Shown one piece after another: positions 20,628 through 31,359 of a stretch of 64,000 bases of DNA. This DNA comes from Coprothermobacterota bacterium (lineage in GTDB: Bacteria > Coprothermobacterota > Coprothermobacteria > Coprothermobacterales > Coprothermobacteraceae), in contig JAZIGN010000003.1 of the NCBI GenBank assembly GCA_036679065.1, positions 320,001-384,000 of the forward strand. The letters are read 5' to 3'. Position numbers and translations under genes: made by a program. Position 1 is the first letter of the stretch; each line of letters begins with the position of its first letter. The notes under the pieces are model-generated. The model worked only from the letters and a program-made list of their open reading frames with translations. It had not been told where the DNA came from and made no database searches.

Positions 20628-21596
20628 TTATAGCCATTTTCTACTTCTAAGAAAGAGCGTCATGGCAATTACAGAGACAGCCATGAGTGTTAACGCCCAA
20701 ACGTAGCCGTATGTCCAATGAAATTCAGGCATATCGAAATTCATACCGTAGATACCGGTGATCACGGTGAGTGGCATCATTATGGTGGTTATAGCTGTTA
20801 GCACCTTCATTATGTTGTTCATATTGTTTGACACACTGGACAAATAAGCATCCATGGAGGTGAAAACCATGTCGTGGTACATGTCAATCATGTCCAGAAG
20901 ATGCATCAGGTGGTCATAGAGGTCCATGAGGTACATTCTGTTTTCCTCAGAAGATTGCATGGAATCATGTCTCATCATTAAGCTGAGTACATCCAGGTTG
21001 TTTGACACGCTCTTTCTCATTTGGTTTATTTCTTGCCTCAATTTAAAAATCTCATTTAGCACTTGTTGGTTTGGTCGCTGAAATATTCGTTCTTCAATTG
21101 TCTTCAGCTTATTATCAATCTTATCAAGTATGGGGAAGTAGTTTGCTATGAGTCCATCAAGCAGGTTGTAAAGCAAAAAACCGACACCCCTATTGAGTAA
21201 TTCGGGCTCACTTTTAATAGTGTTTATGGTATCTTCTATGAAATTGACATCTTTTTGATGTACTGTGACCAAGTAGTTCTTAGAGATGAATGCTGAAAAC
21301 TGCGACAGTTTGACAACACTTCCTTTGTTTGATGCTATGGTTGCTTCCATTAGGAGGAACGAGTAGTTTCCGTAACTGTAGAACTTCGGTCTTTCTCCTT
21401 CCTTCAGGGCGCTCTCTACGGCAATTGCGTGAAAGTGAAAACCTTCTTCAAGTAACTTTGCTTCCTCTTGACTGGGTTTTGTCAAATCGACCCAAATGGT
21501 TTTTTGCGTGTCACTTATGGCAGTAAGTACCTGTTTTGGGTCTGTCATTTCTTCTAAATTCGAAGTCTGATTATCGTATACAAGAACTCTCAGCAC
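20628..21596 (-). CDS. corA: Magnesium/cobalt transporter
   Basis: GIYGMNF signature, two C-terminal TM helices. Confidence 0.95.
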   Translation of the reverse strand: MLRVLVYDNQTSNLEEMTDPKQVLTAISDTQKTIWVDLTKPSQEEAKLLEEGFHFHAIAVESALKEGERPKFYSYGNYSFLLMEATIASNKGSVVKLSQFSAFISKNYLVTVHQKDVNFIEDTINTIKSEPELLNRGVGFLLYNLLDGLIANYFPILDKIDNKLKTIEERIFQRPNQQVLNEIFKLRQEINQMRKSVSNNLDVLSLMMRHDSMQSSEENRMYLMDLYDHLMHLLDMIDMYHDMVFTSMDAYLSSVSNNMNNIMKVLTAITTIMMPLTVITGIYGMNFDMPEFHWTYGYVWALTLMAVSVIAMTLFLRSRKWL

Positions 21597-22310
21597 AGTC
21601 TTACCCCCTTTTCTGCGATATTATCTATTTTAAGCTTTTTTTCGGATTTCATAGTAACCGAACATATACATATCAGAGAATAGGTACTAGGTTTACCATG
21701 AAACTTTTATAGGTCTACTCACCTGAGCTAACGGATTCATGCTTTAGAAGTGCCTTACTTTTTTGAGGTTGCATTTCGTCTTTATCGATAGAAAACATCC
21801 ACGCTTGCAGGTTTAATAATGCATTTTGCTATCCAAAAGTTGAGGGTATCAACAATGCAGAGGCACCCGTACTGTACCTAACAAAGAGAGTATTTACTTC
21901 TTGCTCTTTTTAGTAAGCCAGGTTGTTTAGCTTCGGTGTCTTTCGCTGTCAAAAACGGAAAGAATAGCTAAAATTCTTTTAGGCGCTTCAGGAAGAATAG
22001 GTCTTAGCGGGCGGCAGAGTTTTTTGGTGGTTATACTGGAAAACCTTCAGTTAAACTAGACGTTGTATTCTTAAAAAAAGTACCAAACGGCACAATCCGC
22101 TGTTGTGCAGGAAGTGAACAATGGACTGACTAGAAGCAGGCATAACAGAGCACTGATTTTAAACCTCTAGTTCCATTTCTTTTGTTTATGTTTACCCCCT
22201 CTACAGCGCCGCCTTAGAGACTTATAAACAATACTTCGCATTGAAATAGCATCACGAATAGCTAAGTGGCAAGCTATGCACCATAATAATGGTATACGCA
22301 CGTTTAGTGC

Positions 22311-23354
22311 ATGAAGGAAGAGGTGCAAATGATGAGCAAGCTTTTTACCCCTTTGCAGATTAAGGGACTTAGTTTAAAGAATCGCATTGGGATGTCTCCC
22401 ATGTGCATGTACTGTGCAGGTGAAGATGGGTTAGCCACTGACTGGCATTTTGTCCATTATTCTACTAGGGCTGTTGGTGGGGTGGGTTTAATACTTCAGG
22501 AAGCTACCGCAGTGGAGAAAAGAGGACGCATAACAGCGAATGATCTTGGGCTTTGGGACGACAGTCAAATTGATCCGTTGAAACGGATCGTGGATTTCGT
22601 ACATGGTGTGGGATGCAAAATAGGTGTTCAGCTGGGGCATGCTGGTAGAAAATGCGAAGTCGAGGGGGAACACATTGTGGCTCCGTCAGCCATGCATTGG
22701 AGTGACAGCTACCCCGTACCAGAGGAACTAACTATGGCTGATATACAGAAAATTGTTCAGGCTTTCGCTGAGGCAGGGAAAAGGGCAGTAAAGGCTGGAT
22801 TTGACGCGTTAGAAATCCATGCTGCTCACGGTTACCTTATCCATGAATTCTTGTCACCTTTATCAAACAAAAGAACTGATAAATACGGCGGGGGAATAGA
22901 AAACAGGGTTAGGTTCCTCAGGGAAGTTCTCGAGGCAGTAAGAAGCAATGTTCCAGAGGATATTCCCATTTTCATGCGCGTTTCGGCAACCGATTACGTA
23001 GAAGGCGGGCTCGATATTGATGAGACCATAGCCATCGTGAACATGGTGAAGGATTTGGTTGATGTTGTGGACTGTAGCTCGGGCGGGCTCTTGTCGCCAC
23101 GCATCGACCTTTATCCAGGCTATCAAATCGGGTTTGCAGAGGCAGTAAAAAGGGAAACGGGTGTAGCTACTGCTGCTGTAGGCCTAATAACAAGTCCTGA
23201 AATGGCTGAAGAAATCATAGGTAACCAGAGAGCAGACTTAGTTTTGCTGGGTAGGGTCCTTTTAAGGCAGCCTTATTGGCCGTTGTATGCCGCTCATTTC
23301 CTAAAGGCGGACGTGGGATATCCAAAACAATATGAACGTGGCAGGTATCAGTGA
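22311..23354 (+). CDS. namA: NADPH dehydrogenase NamA/YqjM (Old Yellow Enzyme)
   Basis: SPMCMY, HAAHGYL, QYERG tail. Confidence 0.85.
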   Translation: MKEEVQMMSKLFTPLQIKGLSLKNRIGMSPMCMYCAGEDGLATDWHFVHYSTRAVGGVGLILQEATAVEKRGRITANDLGLWDDSQIDPLKRIVDFVHGVGCKIGVQLGHAGRKCEVEGEHIVAPSAMHWSDSYPVPEELTMADIQKIVQAFAEAGKRAVKAGFDALEIHAAHGYLIHEFLSPLSNKRTDKYGGGIENRVRFLREVLEAVRSNVPEDIPIFMRVSATDYVEGGLDIDETIAIVNMVKDLVDVVDCSSGGLLSPRIDLYPGYQIGFAEAVKRETGVATAAVGLITSPEMAEEIIGNQRADLVLLGRVLLRQPYWPLYAAHFLKADVGYPKQYERGRYQ

Positions 23355-23383
23355 GCTCACGCTCAGCAAAAGGGAAGGTGACA

Positions 23384-24117
23384 ATGGTGTTGGAAACTGA
23401 TCTGCAGCCTCACATCAGGTTGGGCAGAAATCACTCAGCTGATTATGCTCTTTTACCGGGCGATCCGGGTAGGGTTAAACGCATTGCTGCGTTTTTAGAT
23501 GATGTGGAAGAGCTTGCATACAACCGCGAGTTCTACAGCGTTCGTGGTAAATACAAAGGGGTATCAGTGTTGGCTGTTTCTACTGGCATTGGCGGCCCCT
23601 CTACGGGGATAGCTGTTGAAGAACTTAACAAGATAGGCGTAAAAACGATGATACGCATTGGGAGTTGTGGTGCCCTTCAGGACAATATGAAAGTGGGCGA
23701 CCTTGTAATTGCTCAAGCAGCTGTACGCGATGAAGGCACATCGAAAACATATATAGACCTCTTGTCCCCGCCCGCATTGTGATGTTCGCTATTTTGAAGT
23801 GTGCCAGGGAGCTGAACTATAGACATTACTGTGGCATCATAAGAAGCCACGATAGCTTTTACACAGACAGAGAGAATGAAATAGACAATTACTGGAGCGA
23901 GAGAGGCGTATTGGCTGCTGATATGGAGACAGCAGCTTTGTTTGTCATAGGACGTTTGCGAGAAGTCAGAACGGCTTCTATACTAAACGTGGTAACTGAA
24001 AAGACGGCAAGTTTGGAGCAGAGCATCAACGACTATGCCAGTGGAGAACCAGCAGCAGCTAGGGGGGGGGAAAGGGAAAATAATATTACCCCCGACGCTT
24101 TCCTTTTTCGGGCTTAG
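23384..24117 (+). pseudogene. Uridine/nucleoside phosphorylase, frameshifted
   Basis: PGDPGRV, GIGGPS, RIGSCG in first frame; SHDSFY, DMETA in second frame; break near 23765-23782; distorted tail around a G9 run. Confidence 0.8.
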
Positions 24118-24477
24118 AATTGTCTTCCACTTGAACTGTAAAAGAAGAGCTCCACTGTGTATCGGTCGTCCAAAATAGGTAGTTGAGCACACCTTTTTGT
24201 CCCCATGGATTAACAGGGGAACCACCTGCGCCCGTGCTGGCGGCAGGTACCAGGCTGGTCCAGTCAATAGAGGAAGGATAATCACGATAGCGATGATGCA
24301 TGTGCCTAAGCTCCGCTTTCACATGTCGCTAAGGCGCCATTTTTAAACCCTTACTTGTTTATACACGCTGGGAAATCTCTGGGCCTCCCAGTAAAATCAT
24401 AACGCTGTTAAAAGATATGGGTTATTCGCATTTAGAGTATTACATGAGATAGCACATGGTTGGTGCTCTTTTTAGGG

Positions 24478-25415
24478 CTAGTCGACCTCTTTGCCCTTGA
24501 TCGAAAACTGTTGTACTGTTGCCTTAAAACCTTCTTCGTCTTTCGGAGCCCACGTAGACACTTCAGGTTCAGGGGGTGTTACAAAATGTTCGCTTGAATC
24601 ACCTGAAACATGATAAATAAGTAATGGATTGAATTGGGTAAAAGGTGCCAATTCCCTGTCAGGTGTCTTAGGAGAGAAAGTGACTATTATCGATTCTACT
24701 GAGTTAGGCGCTATCGTGACTTGCTGGTAAGGTCCTCTCCTGTTTGTACTAACTGTAGACGTTGAAGAAGCTGCAGCGTCGGGAGGTAAATACATCTTCG
24801 CATCTAAATCAGTGCCAGTAGGACTAACCCCATCAACAATCACTTCCTTACTGCATGTGTTTCGAAGACCGAAAAGTTTGGTGGGATCGAGAAAATAGGG
24901 GTGCCAAGATCGCTTTTCTGCTTTAAGGCAAGGTGTCGCGTCTGATGGCTCTCGCACTTTAATGATCCAGTGGACTGGGAAAACGAAATTATTTTTCGTT
25001 CCTGCAACTTTCACACTGGTTATTTCATGTACGCCTTCTGTTAAGTTTGATAGCTCCACTGTCAGATAAGAAAATTTGTATTGACGGTTTGTACCGTAAG
25101 TCTGGATGAAATCTGCGGGCCAGTATATCCAAGCGTTTTCAGAGGTAGGTTCTCCATCCATGACTACATTAAAGGCGGCTTGTGTATACTGTTGGGGGTA
25201 CTCATAGTCTTCTCCAGTACCGACCTCATTATGGGTATGTACGCTATAGCCTTTTCGTCTGTGGTAATGCCTGTGTAACCTTCCCACTTTGCTAAGTAAA
25301 GTCCGTCTTCCAGTTTACTTTGTTGTGTAGCACAACCAATCAGTGACAGGCAAACTAGGAGCAAACAGCTCAGAGTGGTTATCCGAAACATTCTCTTATT
25401 TCCACTCTTATACAT
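24478..25415 (-). pseudogene. Lipoprotein, apparently split by a frameshift
   Basis: Signal peptide and lipobox (SLIGC) in ORF 25164-25415 overlap a second-frame ORF continuing to 24478. Confidence 0.55.
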
Positions 25416-25596
25416 TTAGTCCCCTTCCTTTTTCCACCTCGTGCATGGGTGTGGATTCCCTACATGTATGTTAGATTACTTTTGTTGTCTGGTGCCCCTC
25501 TACATAAAGTAACACTTACATATTGGAAAAGATTTTCTAAACAAGGCTTGGTAAAAGGGGGCCGGCTTTCGGCCAGCCCCGTTATAAGCAGTTGTT

Positions 25597-28554
25597 TTAA
25601 CCTGCTTGGTATGTTATTCTGATGCTCTTTGTATCAGGTAGCCATTCTACATCGCAACCAAGAGATTCTGCTACAAACCTTAAAGGAACCATGGTTCTGC
25701 TGTTTGTGATTTCTGGTACCACATTGGGGTTAGACGGGTCGATCATTACTTCTTGGCCATTAACCTTAGCCTTGTTCTTTCCTATCCAAAGGTTTATGGA
25801 CTTTCCTTCATAGGTTATATCAACGCGTCTGTCAGCAGAGTCCCATTCAACCTGCCCGCCCATGGCTTCAACAACGGCCCTAATGGGAAGCAGCGTGCGG
25901 CTGTTCTTTATGATTGGTGGTGCATCCAGGATTTTGGTTTGATTATTTACCTTGAACTGCGGCTTTCCGACTTGGAGTTCAATGAGATTGAGTGGAACCA
26001 ACTGGATAGTTATGAGTTTCCAAGTTTCCACTGTTAATTCATCCAAAACCTTTCTCCGCGCGATTACTGTGACTTTGTTCACCTGTGTTGTTAGTGGGAT
26101 GTTTGCTTTGAACATTCCACTACTGTCTACGGGGACATTTTCTCCGTTTATCTCCACAAAGTTGCCCGCTTCTGTTTTTCCGCTCAGAACCAACACCGGA
26201 TCTGGTTCAAATACGTACTTTGTAACGGTATACTCCTCAGGAATGTTCACTGTTAACGATGGGGGAGTTGTATCTGGACTATTCTTTACTTGAATGTAGC
26301 CCGATGCAGTATCCACGTTTATGTACACGTATTGTTGTTCTTTTACCGATATGCCGGAATCAGAAGCAGCTATAACATATTTGTATTTTCCATCCTTCAC
26401 AGGAAAGTTGTCCTCGCCTAAGCCGTTCCAGACAGCTTTGTAATGTCCTATTAACAGTCCTCTCTCAGAGTAAAAAGTGGTTACCGTGGCATTGTTTTCA
26501 TCAAGTATGGACACTTCAACCAATGAGACCGAGTTCATCAAATATCCATATGGAATTGTGGTTGGGGTGTCCACAAGCGCGGCTGGACCATCAATAGAGC
26601 CAAACCTCAATGTGAAATCAATTGTCACAGTTCGCTGCTCAGGAATGCTGAAGTCAAGAACAGTAGAAGATGCTTTCACGTTGGCAAGTTTTGATGGCCT
26701 AGTTCCAGTAACAGGAAACCACCAAGCTGATGGATCATTCCAAATAAGTACAGGCACATGTACCTTTGTTTCTCCATTAGTAAGCCAAATTAAGCCTTCG
26801 TGTGGTCCTTTTGAAAGTTTCGTTAGGTCGGCTGAGGGGATCAATGTTACTGTGGCCGAGCCACCCTTTGGTATTGTCAATGTGCTTGGGGAAATAGATA
26901 GCTTCAGCCCATCATTAGCACCGAGTTCGAAATTGCCCAACGTTAGTTCCACTGATGCCGAGAGAGTCAGAGTACTCCCACTAACATTCTTTACGACCAG
27001 ATCCGCAGGTCTTAGCCCAGTTGCTGTCATTGATATGGAGTAGGGCTCTACTAAAACGCTGGTTTCGAAGGCTCTTAACGCATCTACGCGGCCAGAACCT
27101 TGCATGAGTAACGATTCAGGCTCTTTGTTGTCGTCATTATAGAAAACAGTGGCTGTGTTTATCAGCGACGCTCTTACGTCTTCTGTTGACCAATCTGGAT
27201 GGCCTTGCTTCATGAGTGCGGCTATTCCAGAAACTAAAGGCGTCGAAAAGGAAGTTCCCTCTTCATAAACATATCTGCTCCCAGTGGCTGTGTTGAACGT
27301 ATAGGCAGGAGCTATTAAATCTGGTTTGAGACGAAAGTCAATTGATGGGCCCATGGAAGAAAAGGGCGCAACTCTTGCTACGGGCATATCTGTGGAGACA
27401 GAGCCTCCCACGGTGATCACATTCGGTTCGGTAAAAGTTGTTAGTAGTGGTGCTGAATAACCTTTGGGGCAGAGGTCTGGTGAAAAAGGATCGTCGCAAT
27501 AAACAGCTGATCCCGAATTTCCCGCTGCGGCCACAACTATTATGTTCAAGGTTTCCAGATTTTCTATTATTTCCTTGCCGTAATCGGTTTTTAGTCTGGA
27601 CTCGTCGGTCAAGGAAATGTTTATTATGTCTGCACCATCTTTAGCTGCTTGGTCGATGGCCGGATAAATGTTACCAGGGGCTAAAAGCACGTCACTAGTT
27701 GGTGTTGTGGTTGTCAATGTGGGCAACACTTTGTAAGCCAATAATCTTGCTTTTGGTGCAGTTCCCTTTAGTCGACCATCAGCGGCAACAGTACCTGCTA
27801 CTAACGTTCCATGCCCCATTTGATCCATGGGGTCGCTATCGTCATCGCCGAAATCGTAACCTCCGATGACCTTGCAAGAAGGTCCCAAACAGCCGCCTAA
27901 GTCTGGGTGAGTATAATCCACACCAGTATCAATTACTGCGATGACAATCTCGCTTCCTTCAATGGGATTGCCTTTTGCATCCTTCATCTGCCATACATCT
28001 TTTACATGGAGTCCCGTGAGGACTTCTTCGTTCATGTGTGCAAGCACTAAATCTTCAGAGCCTGCAGTTGGAGTCTCGGCTACTATGGCACTTAGTTCAG
28101 GCATTGCACCTATAGGTATGGGATACACTGCTCTTACTTCTTTAATGTCTGCAATCTTGCTTAAATCTACACCTCTCGCCTTCATAGTAAATCCATTCAG
28201 TGTCCAGGTGAGGTTATGTCCTATTTCTGCATCAGGTGACATTTGCTTGATCTTATTAACCACCGTGCTTTGAGTCATTATGAGTTTGTTCTCATAGGAA
28301 GAACTATTGGAATCAGATTTAATGCTATTAGTATCCAACTTGTCAGTTCCAGTTCTGTTTTTAGTATGTTCGATGACGGGTTCATCCCTTAGAACAACCA
28401 TGACATCTTGAAATGCAGTGGAGGTTAGCATCTCCTGGGTAAGATCAGAAGAAAGCTTCGAAACCGTGTCTGCCTTAGATGGTAGTACCACAAATGAACA
28501 CGCAAGCACCATAATAAGGAGTGATGCTAACCCTCTCTTAATAACTGATTTCAT
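25597..28554 (-). CDS. Secreted S8 subtilase (I9-like prodomain, Ig/FlgD-like region, copper amine oxidase N-like C-terminal domain)
   Basis: Triad VIDTG / HGTLVAG / GTSFSTP; oxyanion AAGN; C-terminal RTLLPIRAVVE and RTMVPLRFVAE. Confidence 0.92.
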   Translation of the reverse strand: MKSVIKRGLASLLIMVLACSFVVLPSKADTVSKLSSDLTQEMLTSTAFQDVMVVLRDEPVIEHTKNRTGTDKLDTNSIKSDSNSSSYENKLIMTQSTVVNKIKQMSPDAEIGHNLTWTLNGFTMKARGVDLSKIADIKEVRAVYPIPIGAMPELSAIVAETPTAGSEDLVLAHMNEEVLTGLHVKDVWQMKDAKGNPIEGSEIVIAVIDTGVDYTHPDLGGCLGPSCKVIGGYDFGDDDSDPMDQMGHGTLVAGTVAADGRLKGTAPKARLLAYKVLPTLTTTTPTSDVLLAPGNIYPAIDQAAKDGADIINISLTDESRLKTDYGKEIIENLETLNIIVVAAAGNSGSAVYCDDPFSPDLCPKGYSAPLLTTFTEPNVITVGGSVSTDMPVARVAPFSSMGPSIDFRLKPDLIAPAYTFNTATGSRYVYEEGTSFSTPLVSGIAALMKQGHPDWSTEDVRASLINTATVFYNDDNKEPESLLMQGSGRVDALRAFETSVLVEPYSISMTATGLRPADLVVKNVSGSTLTLSASVELTLGNFELGANDGLKLSISPSTLTIPKGGSATVTLIPSADLTKLSKGPHEGLIWLTNGETKVHVPVLIWNDPSAWWFPVTGTRPSKLANVKASSTVLDFSIPEQRTVTIDFTLRFGSIDGPAALVDTPTTIPYGYLMNSVSLVEVSILDENNATVTTFYSERGLLIGHYKAVWNGLGEDNFPVKDGKYKYVIAASDSGISVKEQQYVYINVDTASGYIQVKNSPDTTPPSLTVNIPEEYTVTKYVFEPDPVLVLSGKTEAGNFVEINGENVPVDSSGMFKANIPLTTQVNKVTVIARRKVLDELTVETWKLITIQLVPLNLIELQVGKPQFKVNNQTKILDAPPIIKNSRTLLPIRAVVEAMGGQVEWDSADRRVDITYEGKSINLWIGKNKAKVNGQEVMIDPSNPNVVPEITNSRTMVPLRFVAESLGCDVEWLPDTKSIRITYQAG

Positions 28555-28704
28555 CCCCCTTTACCTCTCTTCCTTGTGTATGGTATGCGAGCATTTTAAC
28601 ACTACATCCAGGTTCAATGTGTTTTTTAAAGAACAAAAAAGGGGAGAGAAAAGTCCTCTCCCCAAAATAGCTATGAGCTGTTAGATTAGTCCTGCTAGGT
28701 TGTC

Positions 28705-31047
28705 CTAATAGGAGGGGAAACGGATTGTTATCGTTTTGGTTTTGTCATCCCACTCCACTTGACAACCTAAAGACTCTGCTACAAACCTTAAAGGAAGCAT
28801 GGTGCGTCCGTTTATAATCTCTGGCACTACATTAGGATTACTTGGATCTATCATTACCTCCTTGCCATTGACCTTTGCTGTGTTCTTACCTATCCACAAA
28901 GTAACAGTTTTACCTCTGTATTCTATGTCTACACGTTTTTCTTCGGCGTTCCAATTAACTTGTCCACCCATAGCTTCTACAACAGCCCTTATAGGCAGTA
29001 GTGTTCTGTCATTTTTAATCACAGGCGGGCTGTCTAAAAGCAAAGCTTGATTGTTCAGCTTAAATACTGGGTTGCCTATTTGCAGTTCTATAATGCTAAG
29101 CGGTGCAGGTGTGATAGGCACTGTAGGAGTTTTTTGATTGTAATTAGCAGGAATATAAGCAAATGAAGAAGCTGTTACAGTTAAAGAAGGCGTTAATGTA
29201 GCATTGTTACCTACTGTGATGTAGCCTGTATACTGCGTATCTGTATCAATTATGGGAATATCAAAGTTGGTAAAGTAGTCTGTTACAGTTATTACATACT
29301 TATACTCACCTGCAGGCACAGGCTGACCATTGCTGTCTTTACCATTCCATACAGCTCTGTAGTGCCCTATAAGCAAGTGTCCTTTGTCAAACACTGTAGC
29401 AACTGTAGCACCGCTTTGATTAACGATGTCTACACGTATTTCATCGGCATAGTTGCTCCAGTAAGGCTCAGGGGACCCCCATGAAGAACCTGAGATAGAA
29501 CCTCTGTTAAGTGTAAAATCTATGGCTACATCACTACTGTTAGGTAGCTTAGTAGCTCTTACATTGATCAGCTTTGGTGGTAGCTTACTGTTGTAACCTG
29601 CATCAAACGGATTGCTTCTTTCCCACCAAATAGTATTAAGATCATTCCATATAAGCATGGGCACATGTAAGGTAGCAGTGCCATTGCTAAACCAAATGAG
29701 CGCTTCATGTGATCCTTTGGTAAGTTTGCTTAAATCAGCTTTTGCTGTTAAACCTAAGGTAGCACTTAAGCGTGGACTGACAATAATCCTACTGCTTGTT
29801 AAAGACAGCGTCAAACCATCATTTTGACCGTATTCAAAGTTACCTAAAGTAGGCTGCACCGTTACTGTAAATGTTAGCGTCGCATCGCTAACGTTCTTTA
29901 CTGTCAATACTACAGGGTGCAAGCCTGTAGCAGTCATATCTATTTCATAAGGAGTTATCAAAGCAGGTGTTTTTACAGCAGCTACTCCATCAATCAAGCC
30001 TGAACCTTGTATCATTACACTTATAGGTTCACCAGTAACCTTGTTGTATAAGACGCTTGCTGTATTCATAAGAGAAGCTCTAACTTGTTCAGCAGTCCAA
30101 TCTTTGTGTGCCTGCTTAACCAGTGTAGCTACAGCACCAGCAAAAGGTGCTGAACAAGAAGTGCCACCAAACATGTTGTAATACCGCATGAACGTAGCTG
30201 GATAACCAACGTAACCAAGCAAGTCAGGCTGTATTTCTCCATTTAAACTCGGACCTATGGAAGAGTATTCTGCAACTTCACCACCATTTGCAAATACATC
30301 GTAAGCACCTATAGAAAGCGTAGTAGGTTCAGCTACACGCTCGCCTACTGGTGAAAATAACGTGCCACCACGGAAATTTAGAAAGTAATGGCGTGCATCT
30401 TCTAAAAGGGCACTACCAAAGTTCCCTGGTGATACAAAAATTACCATGCCTTGTTTTTCTGCTTTTTCATACAAAGACTTAAAGTAAGGGTCTGTAAACT
30501 CTCTTGTGTAGTTGGGTTCTCTACCTCTTACAGTGAAACCAGAGGAAAAGTTTAAGTAGTCTATTTTATCTTCTATGGCACGCTCTAACCCTTTAAAGCC
30601 TACATCTGGCGATGATTGTCCTGAATAGCCGTAAATAGTGGCTTCGTATGCTATACCTTTCATGCTGCCATTAGCGACCATCTGTCCACTAAGAAGCGTT
30701 CCATGTGAATAATCACGGTTTCGGGGCATGATGTCTGGTGAGTTTTCGTCAAAGTTCCAACCACCAGCTACTTTACAACCGCTACCTAAACAACCACCTA
30801 AGTCTGGAACTTTATAATCTATTCCATCATCGATGATGCCAATTTTCATACCTGAACCTGTAAGACCCATATTCCAAAGCGTGGTAACACCAGCAATGTC
30901 GTAAGCTTGTTTAATACGCTCTAATGCTTGTGTGTTCACATTCGAATTAGCAGAAGCGAACGAATTTGTGAGTGGGATAAGCAAAAGGAGAACCAAGAGC
31001 AGGCTTATAGCACTGCTAAGCTGTTTAAAACCTTTCCTCACCTCCAA
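28705..31047 (-). CDS. Secreted S8 subtilase paralog with copper amine oxidase N-like C-terminal domain
   Basis: IIDDG / HGTLLSG / GTSCSAP; SPGN; same C-terminal module. Confidence 0.9.
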   Translation of the reverse strand: MEVRKGFKQLSSAISLLLVLLLLIPLTNSFASANSNVNTQALERIKQAYDIAGVTTLWNMGLTGSGMKIGIIDDGIDYKVPDLGGCLGSGCKVAGGWNFDENSPDIMPRNRDYSHGTLLSGQMVANGSMKGIAYEATIYGYSGQSSPDVGFKGLERAIEDKIDYLNFSSGFTVRGREPNYTREFTDPYFKSLYEKAEKQGMVIFVSPGNFGSALLEDARHYFLNFRGGTLFSPVGERVAEPTTLSIGAYDVFANGGEVAEYSSIGPSLNGEIQPDLLGYVGYPATFMRYYNMFGGTSCSAPFAGAVATLVKQAHKDWTAEQVRASLMNTASVLYNKVTGEPISVMIQGSGLIDGVAAVKTPALITPYEIDMTATGLHPVVLTVKNVSDATLTFTVTVQPTLGNFEYGQNDGLTLSLTSSRIIVSPRLSATLGLTAKADLSKLTKGSHEALIWFSNGTATLHVPMLIWNDLNTIWWERSNPFDAGYNSKLPPKLINVRATKLPNSSDVAIDFTLNRGSISGSSWGSPEPYWSNYADEIRVDIVNQSGATVATVFDKGHLLIGHYRAVWNGKDSNGQPVPAGEYKYVITVTDYFTNFDIPIIDTDTQYTGYITVGNNATLTPSLTVTASSFAYIPANYNQKTPTVPITPAPLSIIELQIGNPVFKLNNQALLLDSPPVIKNDRTLLPIRAVVEAMGGQVNWNAEEKRVDIEYRGKTVTLWIGKNTAKVNGKEVMIDPSNPNVVPEIINGRTMLPLRFVAESLGCQVEWDDKTKTITIRFPSY

Positions 31048-31359
31048 AACCTCCCTCTATCAAAACTAGGGCTTATGCCCCTATTCATATTTTAATGCTT
31101 CTGAAGAAGAAGGATGCTTAAAAAGGGTAGCTCTGTGTGGCTATTACACCTGGTAAAAACGCTTGCAGTAGCTCACCATATGTTCTAATGTGGACTAAAG
31201 CAAGCATGTGCAACAATGGTGACGCTGCTAAACTCTTGGATAGTAGTAACCGCAATGTGTTCAGCTCAATGCCGTAACAGCAAAAGCAAATTAAATTGAA
31301 GAGGGACATGGAAACGTAATAGTTGAGCTCCATGTCTCTCTCTTTTACGCTTTCTATCC

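Noticed and set aside
21600..22310. Long intergenic region as possible ncRNA or riboswitch
   Set aside because: No recognisable motif or convincing ORF by eye.
31118..31333. 71-aa ORF between the proteases
   Set aside because: No family resemblance; cannot be supported as a gene.
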